Shown: in pieces, positions 20,542 to 30,167 of the stretch
Position numbering within the stretch: position 1 is the first letter of the stretch
Layout: each line of letters begins with the position of its first letter
Assembly: GCA_963675495.1 (NCBI GenBank)
Contig: OY776215.1
Location: 2,048,001-2,112,000 of the forward strand
DNA: 64,000 nt
Reading direction: 5' to 3'
DNA from: an uncultured Methanolobus sp.
Lineage (GTDB): Archaea > Halobacteriota > Methanosarcinia > Methanosarcinales > Methanosarcinaceae
Position numbers and translations under genes: made by a program
The notes under the pieces: generated by a model
Databases searched by the model: none
What the model was told of the DNA's origin: nothing
Seen by the model: the letters and a program-made list of their open reading frames with translations, nothing else

Positions 20542-21000
20542 CTACTTTTCCTCATCGGAGTCGCCCCGTACTATAAGTACAGGTACCTTTGAGTTTCTTG
20601 TAACTTTTTCTGCTACGCTACCTAGTAAAAATCTATCTAATCCACTCTTTCCGAGGGTTCCCATTACTATCAGGTCTATATTGTTGTTGTCGGCAAATTC
20701 AATGATCTCATGACTCGGGTTGCCTTCAAGGGTCACCGTTTCAAAAGCAATACCTACTTCTTCTGCCATCTTTTGAACTGATTCGGTTGCAACATTTGCT
20801 TCCTGTTCAAGGAGCTCATACATCATTTCCCAGCCTGAATCCATTGGTATAGAGGCAAAAGCTGCAGTATCGACAACATATCCTGCATATAATTTAGCCC
20901 CACTCAATTTTGCAAGTTCGATACTGTGATGAATTGCTTTTTTGTTTTGTGCGGATCCATCAGTCGCAATAAAAATATTTTTGTACAAAGTACTTGTCAT
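20542..21000 (-). CDS. Universal stress protein
   Basis: [26 protein letters not shown]. Confidence 0.95.
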   Translation of the reverse strand: MTSTLYKNIFIATDGSAQNKKAIHHSIELAKLSGAKLYAGYVVDTAAFASIPMDSGWEMMYELLEQEANVATESVQKMAEEVGIAFETVTLEGNPSHEIIEFADNNNIDLIVMGTLGKSGLDRFLLGSVAEKVTRNSKVPVLIVRGDSDEEK

Positions 21001-21029
21001 TGTCCCTCTCCTTTGTGAATATATCCCTA

Positions 21030-22130
21030 TTATATCATCACAGATAATATATCATCAGGTCGCCCTCTCCTTACAATACCGCTGATAGGGTCCTTTATAC
21101 CTGTGAGGTTATTTGAATTACCATTAATGATCATTATTTTTGCTATATTTCCTTCCTGAATATAGCCGGGTGCTTCCAGTCCCAATATTGTTGCACCCAT
21201 AAGTGTACACATCATAAATACTTGTCTGTCATCTATTCCAAAAATTTTCGATAAAAGCTCCATTTCAGAAAACATATTGACTGAATTCAGCATTACGTTG
21301 TCGGTTCCGACTGCAACTTTTATCCCCATATCCAGCATTTTTACAATAGGTGCCATCCCTACTCCGGTTATAAAGTTCGATCTTGGACAAACTACAATAG
21401 GTATGTCCATATCAGCAACTTCTTGAAGGTCTTTTTGGGTTGCTTGTGTCATATGTATCAGGATATCCGGGTCAAGAGATAATGCTTTGTCTATATCACT
21501 TCGACTGCTTTCACCTGCATGTACTGCAAAGGTTTTGTCCATCTTTAGAGAATAATGCCTTGCAGTTTTCAGGAGTTCCATTTCTATGTCATTTGTACCA
21601 CTCATACCAAGTCCGTCTGCGTTGTCAAGCAGCTCTTCAAGCTCTCTTGATATTTGTTTTTCTCCGGTATTGTTCGCTGGTCTTCCAAAGATCCTGGCAA
21701 GCACATCTGATGATTCTAGTGCTTCTTTTAGTGCAAGCACTCCTTTTGTGCCACTTTCCCTGAAGTCTGCAAATGCATATGTGCCGGTGTCGTTCATGTC
21801 CTGGATGGAGTTCCTCATCGCATCCACGATTTTCCAGTGTGGTGTTCTGTTCAATATCCGATGCTTCAGTCCGTGTGGTGGTTGAACCAGTTGGCTAAGG
21901 TCTCTTTCGACGTAATGTCCATGCAAATTTCCAAGTATGGGGTCTTTACAGACCGAATCTCCAATGTGGGTATGTGCGTTAACAAAACAGGGTGCAATGA
22001 TATTTCCAGAAGCATTCTTTTTTTCGTGAACTTCCTTGATGATACCATCCTCTATTACGATATAACCTTCAATGACCTTTGCTTCAGGTCCGTATATTAT
22101 TTTACCGTGTATCGTCTGTTCGCATGGCAT
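21030..22130 (-). CDS. Amidohydrolase/deaminase family metalloprotein
   Basis: NAHTHIGD, HAGE, CPRSN, GTDN. Confidence 0.88.
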   Translation of the reverse strand: MPCEQTIHGKIIYGPEAKVIEGYIVIEDGIIKEVHEKKNASGNIIAPCFVNAHTHIGDSVCKDPILGNLHGHYVERDLSQLVQPPHGLKHRILNRTPHWKIVDAMRNSIQDMNDTGTYAFADFRESGTKGVLALKEALESSDVLARIFGRPANNTGEKQISRELEELLDNADGLGMSGTNDIEMELLKTARHYSLKMDKTFAVHAGESSRSDIDKALSLDPDILIHMTQATQKDLQEVADMDIPIVVCPRSNFITGVGMAPIVKMLDMGIKVAVGTDNVMLNSVNMFSEMELLSKIFGIDDRQVFMMCTLMGATILGLEAPGYIQEGNIAKIMIINGNSNNLTGIKDPISGIVRRGRPDDILSVMI

Positions 22131-22286
22131 GGCTACTTCTTTATGGACTTTATTGTTTATAAGCATTTTAAAAGAGATCCGGGCCTTGATCCGACAACAG
22201 AATTGAGAATGTCTGCAATACTCAAATAGATAAGTTTATATGAATTAATTAAAGGCCAGTAGAAAAAAATAAAACATGTGTTGCAA

Positions 22287-22620
22287 ATGTGTAAAAGGAT
22301 TGTAATTGTATTGCTATTCGTTTTTTTTAGCGACGTTAAGTCCTGTGTGTGCAGTATCCAATGCATATGACCATATTGTTCCTTTATTGGATTACATTCC
22401 TATTTGTATTAGTGATGATATCTCTCACTTTATTGCCGTTCATCTAACAGATGATGAAGAGTATCAATCAACGCTTGAAATAATTCTAATGCTGATGTTT
22501 TATGTGGTGATTATTGCGGTATTTGCTGTGGGAGTATTGCATGAAGGCAATAAGAAAAAAGGTTCATCTAATCCAAATCCTGCTCTAGTGGAAGTTTATA
22601 AGGAAACAACTCTGAAACAG
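22287..22620 (+). pseudogene. Probable frameshifted small secreted/membrane protein
   Basis: ATG 22287 MCKRIVIVLLFV joins the FLATLSPVCA frame only if the T8 run at 22321-22328 were T7; 3' end uncertain. Confidence 0.4.
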
Positions 22621-22636
22621 TTACTTGCCTTTTCTT

Positions 22637-23227
22637 CTACAGGCGGAAATAAGTTGAGAGTATCAAAAGTAATTCTGCAACAAAACCTGAAAATATGGGA
22701 ATTGCAAGATTGTCATCTATTTTTTCAAAGCTTGTTTCTATAAGGGTGGCAACAAACGCCATGATAAGTGCAATGCTCCAGTTTGAAATGAAAGCATAGC
22801 CAATAATAATGTCCACGATGAACTCGGCAACACATCCTTCAAGGGATTTTTCACCCCTGAATATCCTTGTCCTGCCAAATTTCTTACCAATAAGTGCTGC
22901 GCTCATGTCTCCGAAAGTGGCCATCAGGATAGCAGCATAGGCAACGTGCTCACTGAAGGCGGAGACTGCAACTATGGCACCAAGTGTGAAATAAACATGT
23001 CCTGCAATTGATGTTTCTTCTTTTCGGCGCAGCAGATAATGTATGAAAGGTAGTCTGAAGCCATGGTCCAGTCTCATGTGTTCGATGAGGAGTACAAGAA
23101 TAAGGTAGACGGTCATGAAATACAGAACTATCTGTTTTCCGAAAAAGGCATAGACAAGAACAATAGCAACTGATGCCAGATGGAGGCCTTTGCGTAAGAT
23201 CTCATCAAAAAATGAACTAGGTGCCAT
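22637..23227 (-). CDS. CTP-dependent polyprenol/diacylglycerol kinase family (dolichol/phytol kinase-like)
   Basis: RKGLH, FGDMSAALIGKKFG, KSLEG, DDNL. Confidence 0.88.
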   Translation of the reverse strand: MAPSSFFDEILRKGLHLASVAIVLVYAFFGKQIVLYFMTVYLILVLLIEHMRLDHGFRLPFIHYLLRRKEETSIAGHVYFTLGAIVAVSAFSEHVAYAAILMATFGDMSAALIGKKFGRTRIFRGEKSLEGCVAEFIVDIIIGYAFISNWSIALIMAFVATLIETSFEKIDDNLAIPIFSGFVAELLLILSTYFRL

Positions 23228-23489
23228 TTGTTCTTATTTCATTTTTTTCATATATAAAAGAGTTCAATGTTATGGGGACAAACGAGCAGTGATGCCATAA
23301 TATTTTGAATCAAGATTGGATAAATGTGTTTTTCACAATATTTTGAGATGGTCATTTCATTATACCAAACTCACATCTTGTACACTGCAGTAACTATTAA
23401 GTATATTTAGCTACACTTTCTATTTGGAGGTATACGATTAATTCCCAGTCTTAAAAATAGTGGGCAATATCTATCAAGGGAGCTAAAAA

Positions 23490-24143
23490 ATGAAAGTAAT
23501 AGGAATATCAGGATCGCCGATCCCAAACAGCAACACCGACAGAGCATTGAAGGCAGCACTTGAGGCAACGGGTATGGATACCGGATTTATCAAACTCAGC
23601 AAGCACAATGTCAAACCATGTCTGGCATGCCTGAAATGCGTTGACAAGAACGTATGTATTATTGGTGATGACGGTAACATAATTGCAGAGAAAGTAAAGG
23701 ATGCAGATGCACTTATTGTTGCAGTCTACACTCCTTACTCATCTGTAGATGCCAGGACAAAAACTATTCTTGAACGCCTTTATTGCCTGAGACATAAGTA
23801 TGGCTACATGCAGGGAAAACCCGGAGGAATCATTGTAACATCTGCAGTGCTATGTATGCCTGAAGCACCACCAGTTGCAGAGTGTGTAGTCAATTCTATT
23901 GCTGCATATATGCAGGAAGAAGGTATGCAGATTGTGGGCGATGCCAAGATACTAGGGAATGTACCATGCGTTAGGTGCAAACTCGAAGATAATTGTGAGC
24001 TCAGTGGCGTAAAAATGCTCTACGGACCTGAAGCAACAGTGGATTCCGTAGGAATTAACAGCTTTGAAGATCAGGAAATTCCATTGGAAGCCGCAAAACA
24101 GCTTGGCAGGAATATAGCTGAATCCTTGAACTCAAAGAAGTAA
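23490..24143 (+). CDS. Iron-sulfur flavoprotein / flavodoxin family
   Basis: ISGSP...SNT, C..C..C.....C, plus C-terminal CVRC. Confidence 0.85.
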   Translation: MKVIGISGSPIPNSNTDRALKAALEATGMDTGFIKLSKHNVKPCLACLKCVDKNVCIIGDDGNIIAEKVKDADALIVAVYTPYSSVDARTKTILERLYCLRHKYGYMQGKPGGIIVTSAVLCMPEAPPVAECVVNSIAAYMQEEGMQIVGDAKILGNVPCVRCKLEDNCELSGVKMLYGPEATVDSVGINSFEDQEIPLEAAKQLGRNIAESLNSKK

Positions 24144-24157
24144 TTTCAAGAATCAAT

Positions 24158-24183
24158 AAAACCGTGGCTTAAATCACGGTTTT
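24158..24183. terminator. Hairpin terminator, possibly bidirectional
   Basis: AAAACCGTG-N8-CACGGTTTT after the flavoprotein stop. Confidence 0.6.
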
Positions 24184-24202
24184 GATTTCATTCAGATTAT
24201 AA

Positions 24203-24280
24203 TGCATGAGGATATCAACACTTTACTACCTCCAACCACACCCCTCCACCCCAACCACTCCAATTTGATATCCTCATGCA
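24203..24280. ncRNA. Candidate structured RNA / repeat element, copy 1
   Basis: Perfect 16-bp inverted repeat TGCATGAGGATATCAA/TTGATATCCTCATGCA around a 46-nt C-rich loop; second copy at 26138. Confidence 0.55.
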
Positions 24281-24378
24281 ATTTTCTCCATTACATAATA
24301 TATATTTTCAATAATCTCAGACGCAATACAATTTATTGCTATTTTTGACATGCGGCTGTGTTCTAGTGACTATAACCG

Positions 24379-24392
24379 GGAATAACTATTCC
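24379..24392. promoter_or_regulatory. Candidate NrpR operator
   Basis: GGAA-TAACTA-TTCC matches GGAA-N6-TTCC; next to a TATA-like GATATATAAG. Confidence 0.4.
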
Positions 24393-24452
24393 GGAATATG
24401 CATGGATATATAAGGGAGCATGGACTAGTGTAGACTCCAAAAACGAAAATGA

Positions 24453-24995
24453 GTGAATGAAATGCTTAAAATAAAAGGACATGAAATTGGTTCAGTGGTT
24501 GTTAAGGGTGCTAGTAACAGAAGAGCCATACAATTTCAAAATAACATTATTACGATTCTAAGAAAGATCGGTGTTAACGAAAATGACATTGATATCCCTC
24601 TTGAGCGCATGGCAATGAAAAAGGCTAAAGCTTCTGCAACCTGGTGGATATCAGATCATCGCATGCATTACAGCCATAGTATGCAAAAGAATTATGTAGA
24701 GAATCTCTACGTCTTATCCAGGGTAATTGAGCTCGAAGCAAACAGGGTTCTTTCAGAGGAAAACACACTATCAGAGTTCATTTCAGAGTTCAAAGAGGAT
24801 AAAGATGTTTTCAATAAACGCCTGGATGCACGAGAATTCTTTGGCTGCGACCACGATGAGACTGATTTTACAGTCATCAATGAAAAGTATAAGATGCTGT
24901 CAAAAGAGTTGCATCCGGACAAACCAACCGGAGACCTCGAGAAATTCAAGCAGCTAAATGTCGCACATAAGATACTGAAGAGAGAGTTGACATAA
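24453..24995 (+). CDS. Protein with C-terminal J (DnaJ) domain
   Basis: YK.LSKELHPDK..GD.EKFKQLN.AH. Confidence 0.85.
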   Translation: MNEMLKIKGHEIGSVVVKGASNRRAIQFQNNIITILRKIGVNENDIDIPLERMAMKKAKASATWWISDHRMHYSHSMQKNYVENLYVLSRVIELEANRVLSEENTLSEFISEFKEDKDVFNKRLDAREFFGCDHDETDFTVINEKYKMLSKELHPDKPTGDLEKFKQLNVAHKILKRELT

Positions 24996-25281
24996 CTTTT
25001 TACATTTTTTAAATATTATATTCTAATTTAATTAGTAGCTCTTGATTGTGTGGGCGAATTTTGCTTAAAGCTACATTGCTAAAAGGGTGCAAAATCATTG
25101 TTAGAACTTTGATTTTGGGTACTAGTAATTGCTGAAAAACGCAAAGCAATTAAAATCATACCTATTTATTTTTAATATCTAACAAAAGTAAAAGAATCTA
25201 ACAAAAAAAGCAGATATATCCATTCAGGTGAGTTCCTGAATGGATTGTTTCAAAGGATGAAATTTAAAGAATAATGGAGGT

Positions 25282-25425
25282 TCAGGAATCATCCTGTTTG
25301 TTCATATCAATTGCTAACAGTTTACTGCTGTCAATCCTGCCATCTGCATTAATGCTGATGGAAAAGGCAATTGCAGAGGAATCATCCGCAATTGGCTGTA
25401 CATAGAATAAAGTTGTATCTTCCAT
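25282..25425 (-). CDS. Small hypothetical protein (47 aa)
   Basis: Manual ORF MEDTTLFYVQPIADDSSAIAFSISINADGRIDSSKLLAIDMNKQDDS with GAGGG SD and a downstream hairpin at about 25218-25245. Confidence 0.4.
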   Translation of the reverse strand: MEDTTLFYVQPIADDSSAIAFSISINADGRIDSSKLLAIDMNKQDDS

Positions 25426-25479
25426 ATTAATCCCTCATTTCTTCCAAAGTTGATCTTTTAAGCTTCCTATCCTGAAATA

Positions 25480-25728
25480 TCAGTTAGGTCGGTTATACCC
25501 GTGTCCGGAATATATCCGATAAAGACGTCTTCTTCTGATAGTTCCATCATCATTCACTATCGAAGAAAAAACCATAGCAGGGTCATTCCCTACCTGTGGT
25601 TTGAATAAAACCACGTTGCTCAAAAGAGATCCATGCTTATATGCGTCTGCCATATTCCCAGGTGTATCTGTCATGTTCTTAGTCCCCAAATATTTACGCA
25701 CTATATTCTTTAAGTCAGACCGATGCAT
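25480..25728 (-). pseudogene. Degenerate hypothetical gene
   Basis: Short ORF whose tail (RRRRLYR) looks out of frame; shares a motif with the 47-aa ORF. Confidence 0.35.
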
Positions 25729-26137
25729 GCCAGCAAATGGAAATTATTAATTGAGAAAACCAATCGGTCCCCACCTGCAACTCCCACGCATTGACCTTGC
25801 TAATATGTTAACCCTTTTACTATAAATAATATTCTTATGGATAATGTATGTATTCTTTAAAACTAACAATGATTGTTCAGTTATTGAAAGCTTGAATATT
25901 CACAAAGAGGCTAATACACTCGGCAAACACTTTGCGTCCAGAAGCATGAAATTGCTCAATTTCATCCTCATTAAAAACCCCGCTTCTAAATATTCGGAGA
26001 AGGTTATCCGATTATACAAGTTTTGTATTTTGTACATTCCAGTGACGATTAAGTATATCTAGCTATGTGTCTAATGTGAGGTTATGGGATGCATTCCCAG
26101 GATGAAAAACACTACTGTGATTTCATTCATACGATTA

Positions 26138-26213
26138 GCATGAGGATATCAAAATTTTACCACCCCCCACAATCCACCCCCATCAACCCCACTCCTATTT
26201 GGTATCCTCGTGC
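26138..26213. ncRNA. Candidate structured RNA / repeat element, copy 2
   Basis: GCATGAGGATATCAAA/TTTGGTATCCTCGTGC stem with C-rich loop; flanks also match copy 1. Confidence 0.55.
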
Positions 26214-26393
26214 GACTGTTTTCATTACATAAAGATTCTTCAGGGCCAAGCATCAAAACCTGAGTTTGGTAGTTTAAATAATTTCATGCAAACTACTGCG
26301 ATATTACTCGTTTTTGCTTATGAGATCATAAATAGAACCCGCAAATGATGACGAAAAAAGAAAGGAATACTATTTTTGTGAGCATTCCAATGC

Positions 26394-27164
26394 TCAAAAT
26401 GTATCCTGATTGAAATAGTCAAAGGTTGTTGAGACTGAACTGACTATTACTTCTGAATTATTCCTGATGACATACTCGCTCAGCCCGACATCACTGTTCG
26501 GATTTCCCCAGTCGTATGTATATCCCAGTCTGCTCCACGGGTACTCGTCATAGGTGGAACTGTTAAGGGAATTGAACCATCCGGCATGTTCCGGTGCGAC
26601 ATTCTCATGAAAATCAAGTTGAGCCTGTGTGTCTGTAATCTCAGGATCAGGACTTGGTCTGAAAAGGTCATCCGGTCTGACCCACATTTCCACAAAATAC
26701 TCGTTCCCGTCATCATAAGGAAGACCTATGAGTTGCTCCAGCCGGAGTGTTAGCTCATCATCCTGGATGTCGTTTTGCTCAAAAAATCCTTTCAATTCAG
26801 GAATGACCATCACCCATGTGTCTCCCCACCATGTAAACACCTTTGAGTTGACAGGGTAGCTTTCAGGATATTTTGTCCATGTGACAACAAGGACATAATC
26901 ATTTCCTGAATCTTCCATCCATTGAAGTTCAGTATTAGATTCGATTATCGGTGACAGTCCTGTATATATCTCGTCCTCTTCGGCTACAATTGTGTCTTCT
27001 ATTGCAGCCATGTACATTTGTTCAAGGTCTGTCACTTCAGCATACAGGTTTGATTTGAAAAGTTCTCCTGTGTTTGGAACCTGTTGCTGCTGCTCTTCGA
27101 CACATCCAGCAGAAAAACCTGCTATAAATAAAATGATTAGAATAAACGTTGTTGTTAATCTCAT
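26394..27164 (-). CDS. Putative lipoprotein
   Basis: Signal peptide with FSAGC lipobox; LEQLIGLP, LFRP, YPWSRLGYTYDWG motifs. Confidence 0.8.
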   Translation of the reverse strand: MRLTTTFILIILFIAGFSAGCVEEQQQQVPNTGELFKSNLYAEVTDLEQMYMAAIEDTIVAEEDEIYTGLSPIIESNTELQWMEDSGNDYVLVVTWTKYPESYPVNSKVFTWWGDTWVMVIPELKGFFEQNDIQDDELTLRLEQLIGLPYDDGNEYFVEMWVRPDDLFRPSPDPEITDTQAQLDFHENVAPEHAGWFNSLNSSTYDEYPWSRLGYTYDWGNPNSDVGLSEYVIRNNSEVIVSSVSTTFDYFNQDTF

Positions 27165-27396
27165 AGCGTATCTCCTATTTCGCTGTTCAGTATTTGTTTT
27201 GCAGAAATAGATCTCAAATATTTATGCACTAGTATAATATATTATTATTTATTATACGACTTGCCAAAAATCTCTTATTTATCTGCCAGTCAGAGCATTT
27301 CTGCAATGCAACTATCTGATATGCTCACACACTACTCCAATCACCACAAAATCTATAATCTCAAACGTAATACTACATATTATATTTTTTTAATGT

Positions 27397-27467
27397 GCGA
27401 CTGTGGTTTAGTGGTATGACCGTGGCTTCCCAAGCCATGAACCCGGGTTCGAGTCCCGGCAGTCGCA
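27397..27467 (+). tRNA. tRNA-Gly (CCC)
   Basis: GCGACTG...CAGTCGC-A acceptor, GTGGC-TTCCCAA-GCCAT anticodon arm, CCGGG-TTCGAGT-CCCGG T arm. Confidence 0.96.
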
Positions 27468-27617
27468 TGCTCTATCGGATGCTGCTGTTTCTTGTATGAG
27501 TGAGAGCTGTTTTTCTACTGCTTTGAGTCTTGATTCTAGAGTGCTTAGTGGTTCAGAGTTTAAACTATCATGGTCTATGACTACTAAAAAGTTTGAATTA
27601 ATTCCTACTAAATACAT
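27408..27617 (-). pseudogene. Putative Int(N) fragment of an SSV1-type split integrase
   Basis: ORF reads into the tRNA-Gly 3' half on the same strand as the Int(C) remnant at the far end of the island. Confidence 0.4.
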
Positions 27618-27692
27618 AGGGAAATTAATTTATTTATTAGGTCAATAAACAGTATGAATATAAACGGCTAATCATTTGAGGAATGGTGCAAA

Positions 27693-30164
27693 GTGACAGA
27701 CACAAAAAAGGTTTATTTTGAATTCGATTCACGTATACTAACTCAATTGGGTGAAAAACTTGTTCCAAACAAAGCTGTCGCTTTAGCTGAATTAGTCAAA
27801 AATTCATATGATGCTGATGCAACAAAGGTCACAATTAGAGGGCGAGACCTTAGATATCCTGGTGGAACAATAATTGTTGAAGATGATGGATTAGGGATTC
27901 AAGAAGCAAGATTTCAAAACACTTGGATGAGAGTTGCAACTCTTGAAAAAGATGCAAACCCATTTTCGAAAAAATATAGAAGGCAGCGAGCAGGAGAGAA
28001 AGGGATTGGACGTTTTGCCTGCAGAAGACTATCAAGTAAATTGAGATTGATTTCTGTTTCTGAAACTAAAAACGGAGAAAAAGAAAAAATAAATGTTATC
28101 TTTAGATGGGATGATTTTTTACCTGGATCTGATGCTGATAAAGTCGGAAGTGACTTGACAAAAGAAAACGTCGACAAAGATACACCTACTGGAACAAAAC
28201 TAATTTTGGAAAATGTTTATGATGCATGGGATGGAAGAAACATAATAAAACTTAAAAATGAATTAAGTGATTTATTTGCCCCAGCTTCATATAGGAATAC
28301 TGTTGGCGAAACTGACCCTAGTTTTAATGTTAATTTTGATATTCCTGAGTTTGCGGGTGGAGTCATCTCAACGGATAAGCAATTTTTTGGCAGTGCTTGG
28401 GCTAAAGTCACTGGTCGCATAAATGAAAATGGTGTTGCAACTTATGATATCAAAGTTCTCAACAAAATTATAAAAAAAGTCAGCCAAACGTTTGAAAAGT
28501 CAGACTCTTTTGAAAATATAAAAAATATCACATTTGAAGCATATATATTTTCATATCGATCCGACCTTTTTAGAAATTCAGACTGGAAAATGGACAAGGT
28601 TAGAAAACTGAATTTGGAAAAGGGTGGAATCAAAGTATATGCCGATCAATTTAGGGTTTTTGGGTATGGAGGAGAAGGAGATGACTGGTTATCTTTAAAC
28701 TATGATCGTTCTAGATCATTAGCTTCCTTGGACAAAGAAATTAACCAATATTCAATGGATGAGCGTCCTGGATTGAGACTATTTAGAAATCAAAACATAT
28801 TTGGACATGTTATTTTCGGAAGGAACGATAATCCAAATTTGGAAATAACAATTAATAGAGATCGATTGCTAGAAAATAATTCATTTGAGGAACTGAGAAA
28901 ATTTGCGAGGCTAGCCATCGATTTTGCTACTGTTGTATACTCAAATGAACTTTCCAGAGAGCAAGAAATCATAAATATCGAGAAAAAAAGGGAAGAAGAA
29001 GAAAGAAGAAAAAGGGAGGAAGAAGAAAGAAAAAAAAGGGAAGAGGAGAAGCGCAGGGCTGAAGAAGAAAGAAAAAGAGCCGAAGAGCGAATTAGAAAAG
29101 CAGAAGAAGAAAGAAGAAAAGCTGAAGAACGCGCAAGGAGAGCTGAAGAAGAGAGGAGAAAAGCTGAAGAAAAAAGAAGAAAAGCTGAAGAAGAAATCCT
29201 CGATGCATTAGAAGGGCGATATAGGGACAATTTAAATAGTGCTCTTGACGAAGAAAGTGAGGCGAGAAAAAAAGAAGAAGAAGAAAAAAAGAAAGCAGAA
29301 GAAGAGAAGAGAAAAGCTGAAGCGGAAAGGAGAAAAGCTGAAGAAGAGAAAAGAAAGGAAGAAGAAAAAATAAGAAAAGAAAAGGAAGAAGAAAGGAGAA
29401 AAGAAGAAGAAAGATTTAAAAAAGAAAAAGAGAAAATTGAATTAGAAAAATCTCAATTGAAAGTTTTAGCTTCAACAGGCACCTTGGTTTTAATTTTAGA
29501 GCATGAAATGCAAGGTCTAATTAACGATATGGAAGCAATGATTCATAATTTTTCGTCTGCAATACAGAGTTTACCTGAAACTAAACAGGAAATATATCAA
29601 AAGAATCTCGAGTCTTTTTCTAATAGAACTGAGATGGTTCAAGAATTTGGAAAGTTCTTGGGTTTGACTGTTATTGGAAAAGGAAAATTAGAGAAAAAAG
29701 AATGGGTCCTTTACCCAGTCGTAAATAAAGTATACAAACCATTTGAGTGGTATTTTAAGAAGAAAAGCATTGATTTTGAGAACTCAATCCCTGAATATAT
29801 AAGAATGCCAAGCATGTATGGCTCTGAACTAGTCTCTATCCTTCATAATCTCATGTCAAATTCACTTAAAGCTGTTAAAGGCACACAAGATCGGAGAATA
29901 AAAATTATAGCATATGAGGATGATGTAAATCTTAACATCCATTTCCTTGACTCTGGAAAAGGATTAGATGAAGCATATTGGGAAGAAGTATTTCTTCCTT
30001 TTGTAAGTTACAGTGAACCAGATACAAGATTTGGAGTCGGAACTGGGTTAGGGCTAAAATTAGTAAAAGACTTTGTAGAATCTTACGATGGAACCATACA
30101 ATTTATTGCCCCTCCTGAGAATTGGAATACTTGTATTGCTATCTCATTTCCACTAGAGGAATAA
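27693..30164 (+). CDS. MORC/GHKL ATPase - charged helix - histidine kinase fusion
   Basis: N-term ELVKNSYDADA, EDDGLG, GEKGIGRFA, TGT; C-term EHE H-box, NLMSNS, DSGKG, FLPF, GTGLGL. Confidence 0.88.
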   Translation: MTDTKKVYFEFDSRILTQLGEKLVPNKAVALAELVKNSYDADATKVTIRGRDLRYPGGTIIVEDDGLGIQEARFQNTWMRVATLEKDANPFSKKYRRQRAGEKGIGRFACRRLSSKLRLISVSETKNGEKEKINVIFRWDDFLPGSDADKVGSDLTKENVDKDTPTGTKLILENVYDAWDGRNIIKLKNELSDLFAPASYRNTVGETDPSFNVNFDIPEFAGGVISTDKQFFGSAWAKVTGRINENGVATYDIKVLNKIIKKVSQTFEKSDSFENIKNITFEAYIFSYRSDLFRNSDWKMDKVRKLNLEKGGIKVYADQFRVFGYGGEGDDWLSLNYDRSRSLASLDKEINQYSMDERPGLRLFRNQNIFGHVIFGRNDNPNLEITINRDRLLENNSFEELRKFARLAIDFATVVYSNELSREQEIINIEKKREEEERRKREEEERKKREEEKRRAEEERKRAEERIRKAEEERRKAEERARRAEEERRKAEEKRRKAEEEILDALEGRYRDNLNSALDEESEARKKEEEEKKKAEEEKRKAEAERRKAEEEKRKEEEKIRKEKEEERRKEEERFKKEKEKIELEKSQLKVLASTGTLVLILEHEMQGLINDMEAMIHNFSSAIQSLPETKQEIYQKNLESFSNRTEMVQEFGKFLGLTVIGKGKLEKKEWVLYPVVNKVYKPFEWYFKKKSIDFENSIPEYIRMPSMYGSELVSILHNLMSNSLKAVKGTQDRRIKIIAYEDDVNLNIHFLDSGKGLDEAYWEEVFLPFVSYSEPDTRFGVGTGLGLKLVKDFVESYDGTIQFIAPPENWNTCIAISFPLEE
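28985..29430 (+). repeat. Purine-rich imperfect 21-nt tandem repeats (EEERRKA units)
   Basis: GAAGAAGAAAGAAGAAAAGCT-like units in two blocks inside the kinase gene. Confidence 0.85.
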
Positions 30165-30167
30165 AAT

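Noticed and set aside
25844-26062. 72-aa ORF
   Set aside because: No motif or SD; probably spurious in an AT-rich intergenic stretch
28985-29430. Repeats as a CRISPR array
   Set aside because: Degenerate in-frame purine repeats with no unique spacers; no cas genes in the window
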